Source: Nemertoderma westbladi (taxonomy: Eukaryota; Animalia; Xenacoelomorpha). From it: DNA of 64,000 nt. Below, one piece after another: positions 23,401 through 36,900 of the stretch. Position 1 is the first letter of the stretch. Every line of letters begins with the position of its first letter. The stretch lies in NCBI GenBank assembly GCA_032718475.1, contig JAUCBJ010008852.1:1-64000 (forward strand), written 5' to 3'. The notes beneath the pieces are model-generated. The model saw only the letters and a list, made by a program, of their open reading frames with translations. It was not told where the DNA came from and ran no database searches. A program made the translations under genes and the position numbers.

Positions 23401-26400
23401 CGAGGCTTTATTTGCACTCACACAGATACTTTACACTGCCCCCACTTCGAGGCTTTATTTGCACTCACACAGATACTTTACACTGCCCCCACTTCGAGGC
23501 TTTATTTGCACTCACACAGATACTTTCCCTTTCCCCACTTCGAGGCTTTATTTGCACTCACACAGATACTTTACACTGCCCCCACTTCGAGGCTTTATTT
23601 GCACTCACACAGATACTTTCCCTTTCCCCACTTCGAGGCTTTATTTGCACTCACACAGATACTTTACACTGCCCCCACTTCGAGGCTTTATTTGCACTCA
23701 CACAGATACTTTCCCTTTCCCCACTTCGAGGCTTTATTTGCACTCACACAGATACTTTACACTGCCCCCACTTCGAGGCTTTATTTGCACTCACACAGAT
23801 ACTTTACACTGCCCCCACTTCGAGGCTTTATTTGCACTCACACAGATACTTTACACTGCCCCCACTTCGAGGCTTTATTTGCACTCACACAGATACTTTA
23901 CACTGCCCCCACTTCGAGGCTTTATTTGCACTGACACAGATACTTTCCCTTTCCCCACTTCGAGGCTTTATTTGCACTCACACAGATACTTTACACTGCC
24001 CCCACTTCGAGGCTTTATTTGCACTGACACAGATACTTTCCCTTTCCCCACTTCGAGGCTTTATTTGCACTCACACAGATACTTTACACTGCCCCCACTT
24101 CGAGGCTTTATTTGCACTCACACAGATACTTTACACTGCCCCCACTTCGAGGCTTTATTTGCACTCACACAGATACTTTACACTGCCCCCACTTCGAGGC
24201 TTTATTTGCACTGACACAGATACTTTCCCTTTCCCCACTTCGAGGCTTTATTTGCACTCACACAGATACTTTACACTGCCCCCACTTCGAGGCTTTATTT
24301 GCACTCACACAGATACTTTACACTGCCCCCACTTCGAGGCTTTATTTGCACTCACACAGATACTTTACACTGCCCCCACTTCGAGGCTTTATTTGCACTC
24401 ACACAGATACTTTACACTGCCCCCACTTCGAGGCTTTATTTGCACTGACACAGATACTTTCCCTTTCCCCACTTCGAGGCTTTATTTGCACTCACACAGA
24501 TACTTTACACTGCCCCCACTTCGAGGCTTTATTTGCACTGACACAGATACTTTCCCTTTCCCCACTTCGAGGCTTTATTTGCACTCACACAGATACTTTA
24601 CACTGCCCCCACTTCGAGGCTTTATTTGCACTCACACAGATACTTTCCCTTTCCCCACTTCGAGGCTTTATTTGCACTCACACAGATACTTTACACTGCC
24701 CCCACTTCGAGGCTTTATTTGCACTCACACAGATACTTTACACTGCCCCCACTTCGAGGCTTTATTTGCACTCACACAGATACTTTCCCTTTCCCCACTT
24801 CGAGGCTTTATTTGCACTCACACAGATACTTTACACTGCCCCCACTTCGAGGCTTTATTTGCACTCACACAGATACTTTACACTGCCCAACCCTCGAGGC
24901 TTTATTTGCACTCACACAGACACTTTACACTGCCCAAACTTCGAGGTTATATTTGCACTCACACAGATACTTTACACTGCCCCCACTTCGAGGCTTTATT
25001 TGCACTGACACAGATACTTTCCCTTTCCCCACTTCGAGGCTTTATTTGCACTCACACAGATACTTTACACTGCCCCCACTTCGAGGCTTTATTTGCACTC
25101 ACACAGATACTTTACACTGCCCCCACTTCGAGGCTTTATTTGCACTCCCACAGATACTTTACACTGCCCCCACTTCGAGGCTTTATTTGCACTCACACAG
25201 ATACTTTACACTGCCCCCACTTCGAGGCTTTATTTGCACTCACACAGATACTTTACACTGCCCAAACTTCGAGGTTTTATTTGCACTCACACAGATACTT
25301 TACACTGCCCCCACTTCGAGGCTTTATTTGCACTCACACAGATACTTTCCCTTTCCCCACTTAGAGGCTTTATTTGCACTCACACAGATACTTTCCCTTT
25401 CCCCACTTCGAGGCTTTATTTGCACTCACACAGATACTTTACACTGCCCCCACTTCGAGGCTTTATTTGCACTCACACAGATACTTTACACTGCCCCCAC
25501 TTCGAGGCTTTATTTGCGCTCACACAGATACTTTACACTGCCCCCACTTCGAGGCTTTGTTTGCACTCACACAGACACTTTACACTGCCCTCACTTCGAG
25601 GCTTTATTTGCACTCACACAGATACTTTACACTGCCCAAACTTCGAGGCTTTATTTGCACTCACACAGATACTTTACACTGCCCCCACTTCGAGGCTTTA
25701 TTTGCACTCACACAGACACTTTACACTGCCCTCACTTCGAGGCTTTATTTGCACTCACACAGATACTTTACACTGCCCTCACTTCGAGGCTTTATTTGCA
25801 CTCACACAGATACTTTACACTGCCCAAACTTCGAGGCTTTATTTGCACTCACACAGATACTTTACACTGCCCCCACTTCGAGGCTTTATTTGCACTCACA
25901 CAGATACTTTACACTGCCCCCACTTCGAGTCTTTATTTGCACTGACACAGATACTTTACACTGCCCTCACTTCGAGGCTTTATTTGCACTCACACAGATA
26001 CTTTACACTGCCCCCACTTCGAGGCTTTATTTGCACTCACACAGATACTTTACACTGCCCCCACTTCGAGGCTTTATTTGCACTCACACAGATATCCTAC
26101 ACTGCCCCCACTTCGAGGCTTTATTTGCACTCACACAGATACTTTACACTGCCCCCACTTCGAGGCTTTATTTGCACTCACACAGATACTTTACACGAAC
26201 CCCCTTCGATCGAGGCTTTATTTGCACTCACACAGATACTTTACACGAACCCCCTTCGATCGAGGCTTTATTTGCACTCACACAGATACTTTACACTGCC
26301 CCCACTTCGAGGCTTTATTTGCACTCACACAGATACTTTCCCTTTCCCCACTTCGAGGCTTTATTTGCACTCACACAGATACTTTACACTGCCCCCACTT

Positions 26401-27496
26401 CGTGGCTTTATTTGCACTCACACAGATACTTTACACTGCCCCCACTTCGAGGCTTTATTTGCACTCACACAGATACTTTACACTGCCCCCACTTCGAGGC
26501 TTTATTTGCACTCTCACAGATACTTTACACTGCCCCCACTTCGTGGCTTTATTTGCACTCACACAGATACTTTACACTGCCCCCACTTCGAGGCTTTATT
26601 TGCACTCTCACAGATACTTTACACTGCCCCCACTTCGAGGCTTTATTTGCACTCACACAGATACTTTACACGAACCCCCTTCGATCGAGGCTTTATTTGC
26701 ACTCACACAGATACTTTACACTGCCCCCACTTCGAGGCTTTATTTGCACTCACACAGATACTTTACACTGCCCCCACTTCGAGGCTTTATTTGCTCTCAC
26801 ACAGATACTTTACACTGCCCCCACTTCGAGGCTTTATTTGCACTCACACAGATACTTTACACTGCCCCCACTGTGACGGGATCAGGGGATCCCGACCGGT
26901 TTATTTCGTTACGCGTCACCGTGTAATTGAGAAGAAGATAGTTTGTGGTTGTCGTTGTGATATTGTCATATGTTAACGCAAATATAAAATAACTGATATA
27001 AATGTGATAGCACAGTTGAACAAGGAATGTACAGATAACTGATGATATATTATACCGGTAGTAATGGTGACGGAACGAAATGTCACTGGTCCCCACTGTG
27101 TGACTGAGATAACTGAACGGTAATGTAATTAACTGGTAATATATATTCACCCCTACGCTACTGTGGCCTTACTACCTAGCGGATGCTCTCCCTCGCCCCT
27201 CATTGGCTAACAACCTAATTCTCGGCTCCCACCTTTGTGGGAGTGCTTCCCCCCCCCCCCCCCCCCCCCCCCGCTGCTGCTGTTACTTTCCCTCTCGAGG
27301 TAGCTTGACCTCTAACCTCTTTTGTGTGGCCTTCGGGGATGTGTGTTGTCCCCGTTATTGGGGGTGATACGAGATTAATTGTGATTAACCTCGTATCCCC
27401 AATTTGCTGAAAAGGTGCCACTTCCCAACTTTATGGGGATAGTGAGGCGGAATTGAATCCGCTCACACCCACTTCGAGGCTTTATTTGCACTCACT
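14458..27496. repeat. Satellite B, 47-bp tandem repeat (~12.4 kb, roughly 260 units), interrupted near its end by a solo LTR
   Basis: Unit CACTCACACAGATACTTTACACTGCCCCCACTTCGAGGCTTTATTTG, with a 50-bp variant (CACGAACCC[C/A]CTTCGATCGAG) and a 46-bp variant (TTTCCCTTTCCCC). Confidence 0.98.
26872..27467. mobile_element. Solo LTR (596 bp) of an unrelated LTR family inserted in satellite B
   Basis: TGTGACGG...CCGCTCACA termini (TG..CA, short imperfect IR), flanked by the 5-bp duplication CCCAC (26867-26871 and 27468-27472). The satellite unit resumes in register afterwards. No coding capacity. Confidence 0.85.
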
Positions 27497-27555
27497 TTAT
27501 TTGAACAGAATGCCGTAAAGCGCTACTTTACGAACATAAATTAACTATTTTGTAG

Positions 27556-27705
27556 GAAACCCATCGGATTTAGAACAAAACATTGATGGTGTTGTCGACA
27601 TGATCCGGAAAGTTGGCGATAATTTGGCCTTACTTTGCCATGGAAACGGGAGTTATTACATGTATCCCCAACAACATGAACCCTATAAGTGGAGATTTCA
27701 CAAAG
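27556..27705 (+). CDS. Exon a of Ig-domain receptor gene (VEGFR/PDGFR-like): N-half of Ig domain 1
   Basis: tttgtag| ... |gttggt, phase 1-1. Encodes NPSDLEQNIDGVVDMIRKVGDNLALLCHGNGSYYMYPQQHEPYKWRFHK (G-D-x-L-x-L-x-C...W Ig pattern). Confidence 0.8.
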
Positions 27706-27982
27706 GTTGGTTTTAATATTAATAATACGTCGGAATATCTAACGGTTAGCTCATCTCGTCAAAGACTAAAAATAATCATATTTTCTGTCAATCATTTATC
27801 ATTGTCTGCTTGAAAACACTCAGTGAAACAGCTTGAAACATAAAGACTCAAGACCTGTACAAAACATACATGTGTTAACTTTCGTTTATTGTTATGGTCT
27901 GTAACCTGCTTCTTTATTAACCTGCTCCTCTAAATGGCAATGGGACCGACCTAACGTTCTTTGGGACCTAATCAACTTTACC

Positions 27983-30900
27983 TCTTTGTTTTGTACAGAG
28001 GGTCCCTGGGTCTTTGTTTTGTACAGAGGGTCTTGTGTCTTTGTTTTGTACAAAGGGTCCTGGGTCATTGTTTTGTACAGAGGGTCCCGGGAATTTGTTT
28101 TGTACAGAGGGTCCTTGGGTCTATGTTTTGTACAGAGGGTCCTTGGGTCTTTGTTTTGTACAGAGTGTCCTGGGTCTTTGTTTTGTACAGAAGGTCCTGG
28201 GTCTTTGTTTTGTACAGAGGGTCCTTGGGTCTTTGTTTTGTACTGAGGGTCTTGGTTCTTTGTTTTGTACTGAGTGTCTTGGGTCTTTGTTTTGTACAGA
28301 GGGTCCCTGGGTCTTTGTTTTGTACAAAGGGTCCTGGGTCTTTGTTTTTTTCAGAGGGTCCTTGGGTCTTTGTTTTGTACAGAGGGTCCTGGGTCTTTGT
28401 TTTGTACAGAGGGTCCTTGGGTCTATGTTTTGTACAGAGGGTCCTTGGGTCTTTGTTTTGTACAGAGGGTCCTGGGTCTTTGTTTTGTACAGAGGGTCCT
28501 TGGGTCTTTGTTTTGTACAAAGGGTCCTGGGTCTTTGTTTTTTTCAGAGGGTCCTTGGGTCTTTGTTTTGTACAGAGGGTCCTGGGTCTTTGTTTTGTAC
28601 AGAGGGTCCTTGGGTCTATGTTTTGTACAGAGGGTCCTTGGGTCTTTGTTTTGTACAGAGGGTCCTGGGTCTTTGTTTTGTACAGAGGGTCCTTGGGTCT
28701 TTGTTTTGTACTGAGGGTCTTGGTTCTTTGTTTTGTACAGAGGGTCCTGGGTCTTTGTTTTGTACAGAGGGTCCTTGGGTCTATGTTTTGTACAGAGGGT
28801 CCTTGGGTCTTTGTTTTGTACAGAGGGTCCTGGGTCTTTGTTTTGTACAGAGGGTCCTTGGGTCTTTGTTTTGTACTGAGGGTCCTTGGGTCTTTGTTTT
28901 GTACAGAGGGTCCTTGGGTCTTTGTTTTGTACTGAGGGTCTTGGTTCTTTGTTTTGTACAGAGGGTCCTGGGTCTTTGTTTTGTACAGAGGGTCCTTGGG
29001 TCTTTGTTTTGTACAGAGGGTCCTGGGTCTTTGTTTTGTACAGAGGGTCCTTGGGTCTTTGTTTTGTACTGAGGGTCTTGGTTCTTTGTTTTGTACATAC
29101 TGTCTTGGGTCTTTGTTTTGTACAGAGGGTCTTGGTTCTTTGTTTTGTACAGAGTGTCTTGGGTCTTTGTTTTGTACAGAGGGTCCTTGGGTCTTTGTTT
29201 TGAACATAGTGTCTTGGGTCTTTGTTTTGTACAGAGGGTCCTGGGTCTTTGTTTTGTACAGAGGGTCCCTGGGTCTTTGTTTTGTACAGAGGGTCCTGGG
29301 TCTTTGTTTTGTACAGAGGGTCCTTGGGTCTTTGTTTTGTACAGAGGGTCCTGGGTCTTTGTTTTGTACAGAGGGTCCTTGGGTCTTTGTTTTGTACAGA
29401 GGGTCCTTGGGTCTTTGTTTTGAACATAGTGTCTTGGGTCTTTGTTTTGTACAGAGGGTCCCTGGGTCTTTGTTTTGTACAGAGGGTCTTGGGTCTTTGT
29501 TTTGTACAGAGGGTCCCTGGGTCTTTGTTTTGTACAGAGGGTCTTGGGTCTTTGTTTTGTACAGAGGGTCCTTTGGTCTTTGTTTTGAACATAGTGTCTT
29601 GGGTCTTTGTTTTGTACAGAGGGTCCTGGGTCTTTGTTTTGTACAGAGGGTCCTTGGGTCTATGTTTTGAACATAGTGTCTTGGGTCTTTGTTTTGTACA
29701 GAGGGTCCTTGGGTCTATGTTTTGTACAGAGGGTCCTTGGGTCTATGTTTTGTACAGAGGGTCCTTTGGTCTTTGTTTTGAACATAGTGTCTTGGGTCTT
29801 TGTTTTGTACAGAGGGTCCTTGGGTCTATGTTTTGTACAGAGGGTCCTTGGGTCTATGTTTTGTACAGAGGGTCCTTGGGTCTATGTTTTGAACATAGTG
29901 TCTTGGGTCTTTGTTTTGTACAGAGGGTCCTTGGGTCTATGTTTTGTACAGAGGGTCCTTGGGTCTATGTTTTGTACAGAGGGTCCTTGGGTCTTTGTTT
30001 TGTACAGAGGGTCCCTGGGTCTTTGTTTTGTACAGAGGGTCTTGGGTCTTTGTTTTGTACAGAGGGTCCTTTGGTCTTTGTTTTGAACATAGTGTCTTGG
30101 GTCTTTGTTTTGTACAGAGGGTCCTGGGTCTTTGTTTTGTACAGAGGGTCCCTGGGTCTTTGTTTTGTACAGAGGGTCCTGGGTCTTTGTTTTGTACAGA
30201 GGGTCTTGGTTCTTTGTTTTGTACAGAGGGTCTTGGGTCTTTGTTTTGTACAGAGGGTATTGGGTCTTTGTTTTGTACAGAGGGTCTTGGGTCTTTGTTT
30301 TGTACAGAGGGTCTTGGGTCTTTGTTTTGTACAGAGGGTCCTGGGTCTTTGTTTTGAACATAGTGTCTTGGGTCTTTGTTTTGTACAGAGGGTCCTTGGG
30401 TCTTTGTTTTGTACAGAGGGTCCTTTGGTCTTTGTTTTGAACATAGTGTCTTGGGTCTTTGTTTTGTACAGAGGGTCCTTGGGTCTATGTTTTGTACAGA
30501 GGGTCCTTGGGTCTATGTTTTGTACAGAGGGTCCTTGGGTCTTTGTTTTGTACAGAGGGTCCCTGGGTCTTTGTTTTGTACAGAGGGTCTTGGGTCTTTG
30601 TTTTGTACAGAGGGTCCTTTGGTCTTTGTTTTGAACATAGTGTCTTGGGTCTTTGTTTTGTACAGAGGGTATTGGGTCTATGTTTTGTACAGAGGGTCCT
30701 TGGGTCTATGTTTTGTACAGAGGGTCCTTGGGTCTTTGTTTTGTACAGAGGGTCCCTGGGTCTTTGTTTTGTACAGAGGGTCCTTGGGTCTATGTTTTGT
30801 ACAGAGGGTCCCTGGGTCTTTGTTTTGTACAGAGGGTCCCTGGGTCTTTGTTTTGTACAGAGGGTCCTTGGGTCTTTGTTTTGTACAGAGGGTCCTTGGG

Positions 30901-33900
30901 TCTATGTTTTGTACAGAGGGTCCTGGGTCTTTGTTTTGTACAGAGGGTCCCTGGGTCTTTGTTTTGTACAGAGGGTCCTGGGTCTTTGTTTTGTACAGAG
31001 GGTCCCTGGGTCTTTGTTTTGTACAGAGGGTCCTGGGTCTTTGTTTTGTACAGAGGGTCCCTGGGTCTTTGTTTTGTACAGAGGGTCCTTGGGTCTTTGT
31101 TTTGTACAGAGGGTCCTTGGGTCTTTGTTTTGTACAGAGGGTCCTTGGGTCTTTGTTTTGTACAGAGGGTCCTGGGTCTTTGTTTTGTACAGAGGGTCCC
31201 TGGGTCTTTGTTTTGTACAGAGGGTCCTGGGTCTTTGTTTTGTACAGAGGGTCCTGGGTCTTTGTTTTGTACAGAGGGTCCTGGGTCTTTGTTTTGTACA
31301 GAGGGTCCTGGGTCTTTGTTTTGTACAGAGGGTCCTGGGTCTTTGTTTTGTACAGAGGGTCCTTGGGTCTTTGTTTTGTACAGAGGGTCCTTGGGTCTTT
31401 GTTTTGAACATAGTGTCTTGGGTCTTTGTTTTGTACAGAGGGTCCTTGGGTCTTTGTTTTGTACAGAGGGTCCTTGGGTCTTTGTTTTGTACAGAGGGTC
31501 CTTGGGTCTTTGTTTTGTACAGAGGGTCCTTGGGTCTTTGTTTTGTACAGAGGGTCCTGGGTCTTTGTTTTGTACAGAGGGTCCTTGGGTCTTTGTTTTG
31601 TACAGAGGGTCCTGGGTCTTTGTTTTGTACATAGGGTCTTGGGTCTTTGTTTTGTACAGAGGGTCCTTGGGTCTTTGTTTTGTACAGAGGGTCCTTGGGT
31701 CTTTGTTTTGTACAGAGGGTCCTTGGGTCTTTGTTTTGAACATAGTGTCTTGGGTCTTTGTTTTGTACAGAGGGTCCTGGGTCTTTGTTTTGTACAGAGG
31801 GTCCTTGGGTCTTTGTTTTGTACAGAGGGTCCTGGGTCTTTGTTTTGTACAGAGGGTCCTGGGTCTTTGTTTTGTACAGAGGGTCCTGGGTCTTTGTTTT
31901 GTACAGAGGGTCCTGGGTCTTTGTTTTGTACAGAGGGTCCCTGGGTCTTTGTTTTGTACAGAGGGTCCTGGGTCTTTGTTTTGTACAGAGGGTCCTGGGT
32001 CTTTGTTTTGTACAGAGGGTCCTGGGTCTTTGTTTTGTACAGAGGGTCCTTGGGTCTTTGTTTTGTACAGAGGGTCCTTGGGTCTTTGTTTTGTACAGAG
32101 GGTCTTGGGTCTTTGTTTTGTACAGAGGGTCCTGGGTCTTTGTTTTGTACAGAGGGTCCTTGGGTCTTTGTTTTGTACAGAGGGTATTGGGTCTTATGTT
32201 TTGTACAGAGGGTCCTTGGGTTTTTGTTTGGTACAAAGGGTCCCTGGGTCTTTGTTTTGTACAGAGGGTCCTTGGGTCTTTGTTTTGTACAGAGGGTCTT
32301 GGTTCTTTGTTTTGTACAGAGGGTCCTGGGTCTTTGTTTTGTACAGAGGGTCCTTGGGTCTTTGTTTTGTACAGAGGGTCCTTGGGTCTTTGTTTTGTAC
32401 AGAGGGTCCTGGGTCTTTGTTTTGTACAGAGGGTCCTTGGGTCTTTGTTTTGTACAGAGGGTCCTTGGGTCTTTGTTTTGTACAGAGGGTCCTTGGGTCT
32501 TTGTTTTGTACAGAGGGTCTTGGGTCTTTGTTTTGTACAGAGGGTCCTGGGTCTTTGTTTTGTACAGAGGGTCCTTGGGTCTTTGTTTTGTACAGAGGGT
32601 CCTGGGTCTTTGTTTTGTACAGAGGGTCCTTGGGTCTTTGTTTTGTACAGAGGGTCTTGGGTCTTTGTTTTGTACATAGTGTCTTGGGTCTTTGTTTTGT
32701 ACAGAGGGTCCTTGGGTCTTTGTTTTGTACAGAGTGTCTTGGGTCTTTGTTTTGTACAGAGGGTCCTGGGTCTTTGTTTTGTACAGAGGGTCCTGGGTCT
32801 TTGTTTTGTACAGAGGGTCCTTGGGTCTTTGTTTTGTACAGAGGGTCCTGGGTCTTTGTTTTGTACAGAGGGTCCTTGGGTCTTTGTTTTGTACAGAGGG
32901 TCCTTGGGTCTTTGTTTTGAACATAGTGTCTTGGGTCTTTGTTTTGTACAGAGGGTCCTTGGGTCTTTGTTTTGTACAGAGGGTCCTGGGTCTTTGTTTT
33001 GTACAGAGGGTCCTTGGGTCTTTGTTTTGTACAGAGGGTCCTGGGTCTTTGTTTTGTACAGAGGGTCTTGGGTCTTTGTTTTGTACAGAGGGTCCTTGGG
33101 TCTTTGTTTTGAACATAGTGTCTTGGGTCTTTGTTTTGTACAGAGGGTCCTGGGTCTTTGTTTTGTACAGAGGGTCCTGGGTCTTTGTTTTGTACAGAGG
33201 GTCCTTGGGTCTTTGTTTTGTACAGAGGGTCCTGGGTCTTTGTTTTGTACAGAGGGTCCTTGGGTCTTTGTTTTGTACAGAGGGTCCTTGGGTCTTTGTT
33301 TTGTACAGAGGGTCTTGGGTCTTTGTTTTGTACAGAGGGTCCTTGGGTCTTTGTTTTGTACAGAGGGTCCTGGGTCTTTGTTTTGTACAGAGGGTCCTTG
33401 GGTCTTTGTTTTGTACAGAGGGTCCTTGGGTCTTTGTTTTGTACAGAGGGTCTTGGGTCTTTGTTTTGTACAGAGGGTCCTTGGGTCTTTGTTTTGTACA
33501 GAGGGTCCTGGGTCTTTGTTTTGTACAGAGGGTCCTTGGGTCTTTGTTTTGTACAGAGGGTCCTTGGGTCTTTGTTTTGTACAGAGTGTCTTGGGTCTTT
33601 GTTTTGTACAGAGGGTCCTTGGGTCTTTGTTTTGTACAGAGGGTCTTGGGTCTTTGTTTTGTACAGAGGGTCCTTGGGTCTTTGTTTTGTACAGAGGGTC
33701 CTTGGGTCTTTGTTTTGTACAGAGGGTCCTGGGTCTTTGTTTTGTACAGAGGGTCTTGGGTCTTTGTTTTGTACAGAGGGTCTTGGGTCTTTGTTTTGTA
33801 CAGAGGGTCTTGGGTCTTTGTTTTGTACAGAGGGTCCTGGGTCTTTGTTTTGTACAGAGGGTCTTGGGTCTTTGTTTTGTACAGAGGGTCTTGGGTCTTT

Positions 33901-36900
33901 GTTTTGTACAGAGGGTCTTGGGTCTTTGTTTTGTACAGAGGGTCCTTGGGTCTTTGTTTTGTACAGAGGGTCCTTGGGTCTTTGTTTTGTACAGAGGGTC
34001 TTGGGTCTTTGTTTTGTACAGAGGGTCTTGGGTCTTTGTTTTGTACAGAGGGTCCTTGGGTCTTTGTTTTGTACAGAGGGTCCTGGGTCTTTGTTTTGTA
34101 CAGAGGGTATTGGGTCTTTGTTTTGTACAGAGGGTCTTGGTTCTTTGTTTTGTACAGAGGGTCTTGGGTCTTTGTTTTGTACAGAGGGTCCTTGGGTCTT
34201 TGTTTTGTACAGAGGGTCTTGGGTCTTTGTTTTGTACAGAGGGTCTTGGGTCTTTGTTTTGTACAGAGGGTCTTGGGTCTTTGTTTTGTACAGAGGGTCT
34301 TGGGTCTTTGTTTTGTACAGAGGGTCCTTGGGTCTTTGTTTTGTACAGAGGGTCTTGGGTCTTTGTTTTGTACAGAGGGTCCTTGGGTCTTTGTTTTGTA
34401 CAGAGGGTCCTGGGTCTTTGTTTTGTACAGAGGGTCTTGGGTCTTTGTTTTGTACAGAGGGTCTTGGGTCTTTGTTTTGTACAGAGGGTCTTGGGTCTTT
34501 GTTTTGTACAGAGGGTCCTTGGGTCTTTGTTTTGTACAGAGGGTCTTGGGTCTTTGTTTTGTACAGAGGGTCTTGGGTCTTTGTTTTGTACAGAGGGTCT
34601 TGGGTCTTTGTTTTGTACAGAGGGTCTTGGGTCTTTGTTTTGTACAGAGGGTCCTTGGGTCTTTGTTTTGTACAGAGGGTCTTGGGTCTTTGTTTTGTAC
34701 AGAGGGTCCTTGGGTCTTTGTTTTGTACAGAGGGTCCTTGGGTCTTTGTTTTGTACAGAGGGTCCTTGGGTCTTTGTTTTGTACAGAGGGTCCTTGGGTC
34801 TTTGTTTTGTACAGAGGGTCTTGGGTCTTTGTTTTGTACAGAGGGTCTTGGGTCTTTGTTTTGTACAGAGGGTCTTGGGTCTTTGTTTTGTACAGAGGGT
34901 CTTGGGTCTTTGTTTTGTACAGAGGGTCCTTGGGTCTTTGTTTTGTACAGAGGGTCCTGGGTCTTTGTTTTGTACAGAGGGTCTTGGGTCTTTGTTTTGT
35001 ACAGAGGGTCCTTGGGTCTTTGTTTTGTACAGAGGGTCTTGGGTCTTTGTTTTGTACAGAGGGTCCTTGGGTCTTTGTTTTGTACAGAGGGTCCTGGGTC
35101 TTTGTTTTGTACAGAGGGTCCTTGGGTCTTTGTTTTGTACAGAGGGTCCTTGGGTCTTTGTTTTGTACAGAGGGTCTTGGGTCTTTGTTTTGTACAGAGG
35201 GTCCTTGGGTCTTTGTTTTGTACAGAGGGTCCTTGGGTCTTTGTTTTGTACAGAGGGTCTTGGGTCTTTGTTTTGTACAGAGGGTCCTTGGGTCTTTGTT
35301 TTGTACAGAGGGTCTTGGGTCTTTGTTTTGTACAGAGGGTCTTGGGTCTTTGTTTTGTACAGAGGGTCCTTGGGTCTTTGTTTTGTACAGAGGGTCTTGG
35401 GTCTTTGTTTTGTACAGAGGGTCCTTGGGTCTTTGTTTTGTACAGAGGGTCCTTGGGTCTTTGTTTTGTACAGAGGGTCTTGGGTCTTTGTTTTGTACAG
35501 AGGGTCCTTGGGTCTTTGTTTTGTACAGAGGGTCTTGGGTCTTTGTTTTGTACAGAGGGTCTTGGGTCTTTGTTTTGTACAGAGGGTCTTGGGTCTTTGT
35601 TTTGTACAGAGGGTCTTGGGTCTTTGTTTTGTACAGAGGGTCCTTGGGTCTTTGTTTTGTACAGAGGGTCTTGGGTCTTTGTTTTGTACAGAGGGTCCTT
35701 GGGTCTTTGTTTTGTACAGAGGGTCCTTGGGTCTTTGTTTTGTACAGAGGGTCCTTGGGTCTTTGTTTTGTACAGAGGGTCCTTGGGTCTTTGTTTTGTA
35801 CAGAGGGTCTTGGGTCTTTGTTTTGTACAGAGGGTCCTTGGGTCTTTGTTTTGTACAGAGGGTCTTGGGTCTTTGTTTTGTACAGAGGGTCTTGGGTCTT
35901 TGTTTTGTACAGAGGGTCCTTGGGTCTTTGTTTTGTACAGAGGGTCCTTGGGTCTTTGTTTTGTACAGAGGGTCTTGGGTCTTTGTTTTGTACAGAGGGT
36001 CTTGGGTCTTTGTTTTGTACAGAGGGTCTTGGGTCTTTGTTTTGTACAGAGGGTCCTTGGGTCTTTGTTTTGTACAGAGGGTCTTGGGTCTTTGTTTTGT
36101 ACAGAGGGTCCTTGGGTCTTTGTTTTGTACAGAGGGTCCTGGGTCTTTGTTTTGTACAGAGGGTCCTTGGGTCTTTGTTTTGTACAGAGGGTCTTGGGTC
36201 TTTGTTTTGTACAGAGGGTCTTGGGTCTTTGTTTTGTACAGAGGGTCTTGGGTCTTTGTTTTGTACAGAGGGTCCTTGGGTCTTTGTTTTGTACAGAGGG
36301 TCCTTGGGTCTTTGTTTTGTACAGAGGGTCTTGGGTCTTTGTTTTGTACAGAGGGTCCTTGGGTCTTTGTTTTGTACAGAGGGTCCTGGGTCTTTGTTTT
36401 GTACAGAGGGTCCTTGGGTCTTTGTTTTGTACAGAGGGTCTTGGGTCTTTGTTTTGTACAGAGGGTCTTGGGTCTTTGTTTTGTACAGAGGGTCCTTGGG
36501 TCTTTGTTTTGTACAGAGGGTCCTTGGGTCTTTGTTTTGTACAGAGGGTCCTTGGGTCTTTGTTTTGTACAGAGGGTCTTGGGTCTTTGTTTTGTACAGA
36601 GGGTCCTTGGGTCTTTGTTTTGTACAGAGGGTCCTGGGTCTTTGTTTTGTACAGAGGGTCTTGGGTCTTTGTTTTGTACAGAGGGTCCTTGGGTCTTTGT
36701 TTTGTACAGAGGGTCCTTGGGTCTTTGTTTTGTACAGAGGGTCCTGGGTCTTTGTTTTGTACAGAGGGTCCTTGGGTCTTTGTTTTGTACAGAGGGTCCT
36801 TGGGTCTTTGTTTTGTACAGAGGGTCCTTGGGTCTTTGTTTTGTACAGAGGGTCCTTGGGTCTTTGTTTTGTACAGAGGGTCTTGGGTCTTTGTTTTGTA

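Noticed and set aside
14393-26976. ORFs of up to 3619 aa (HSHRYFTLPPLRGFICT...)
   Set aside because: Stop-free readings of the 47-bp satellite, with the same peptide in all three frames.
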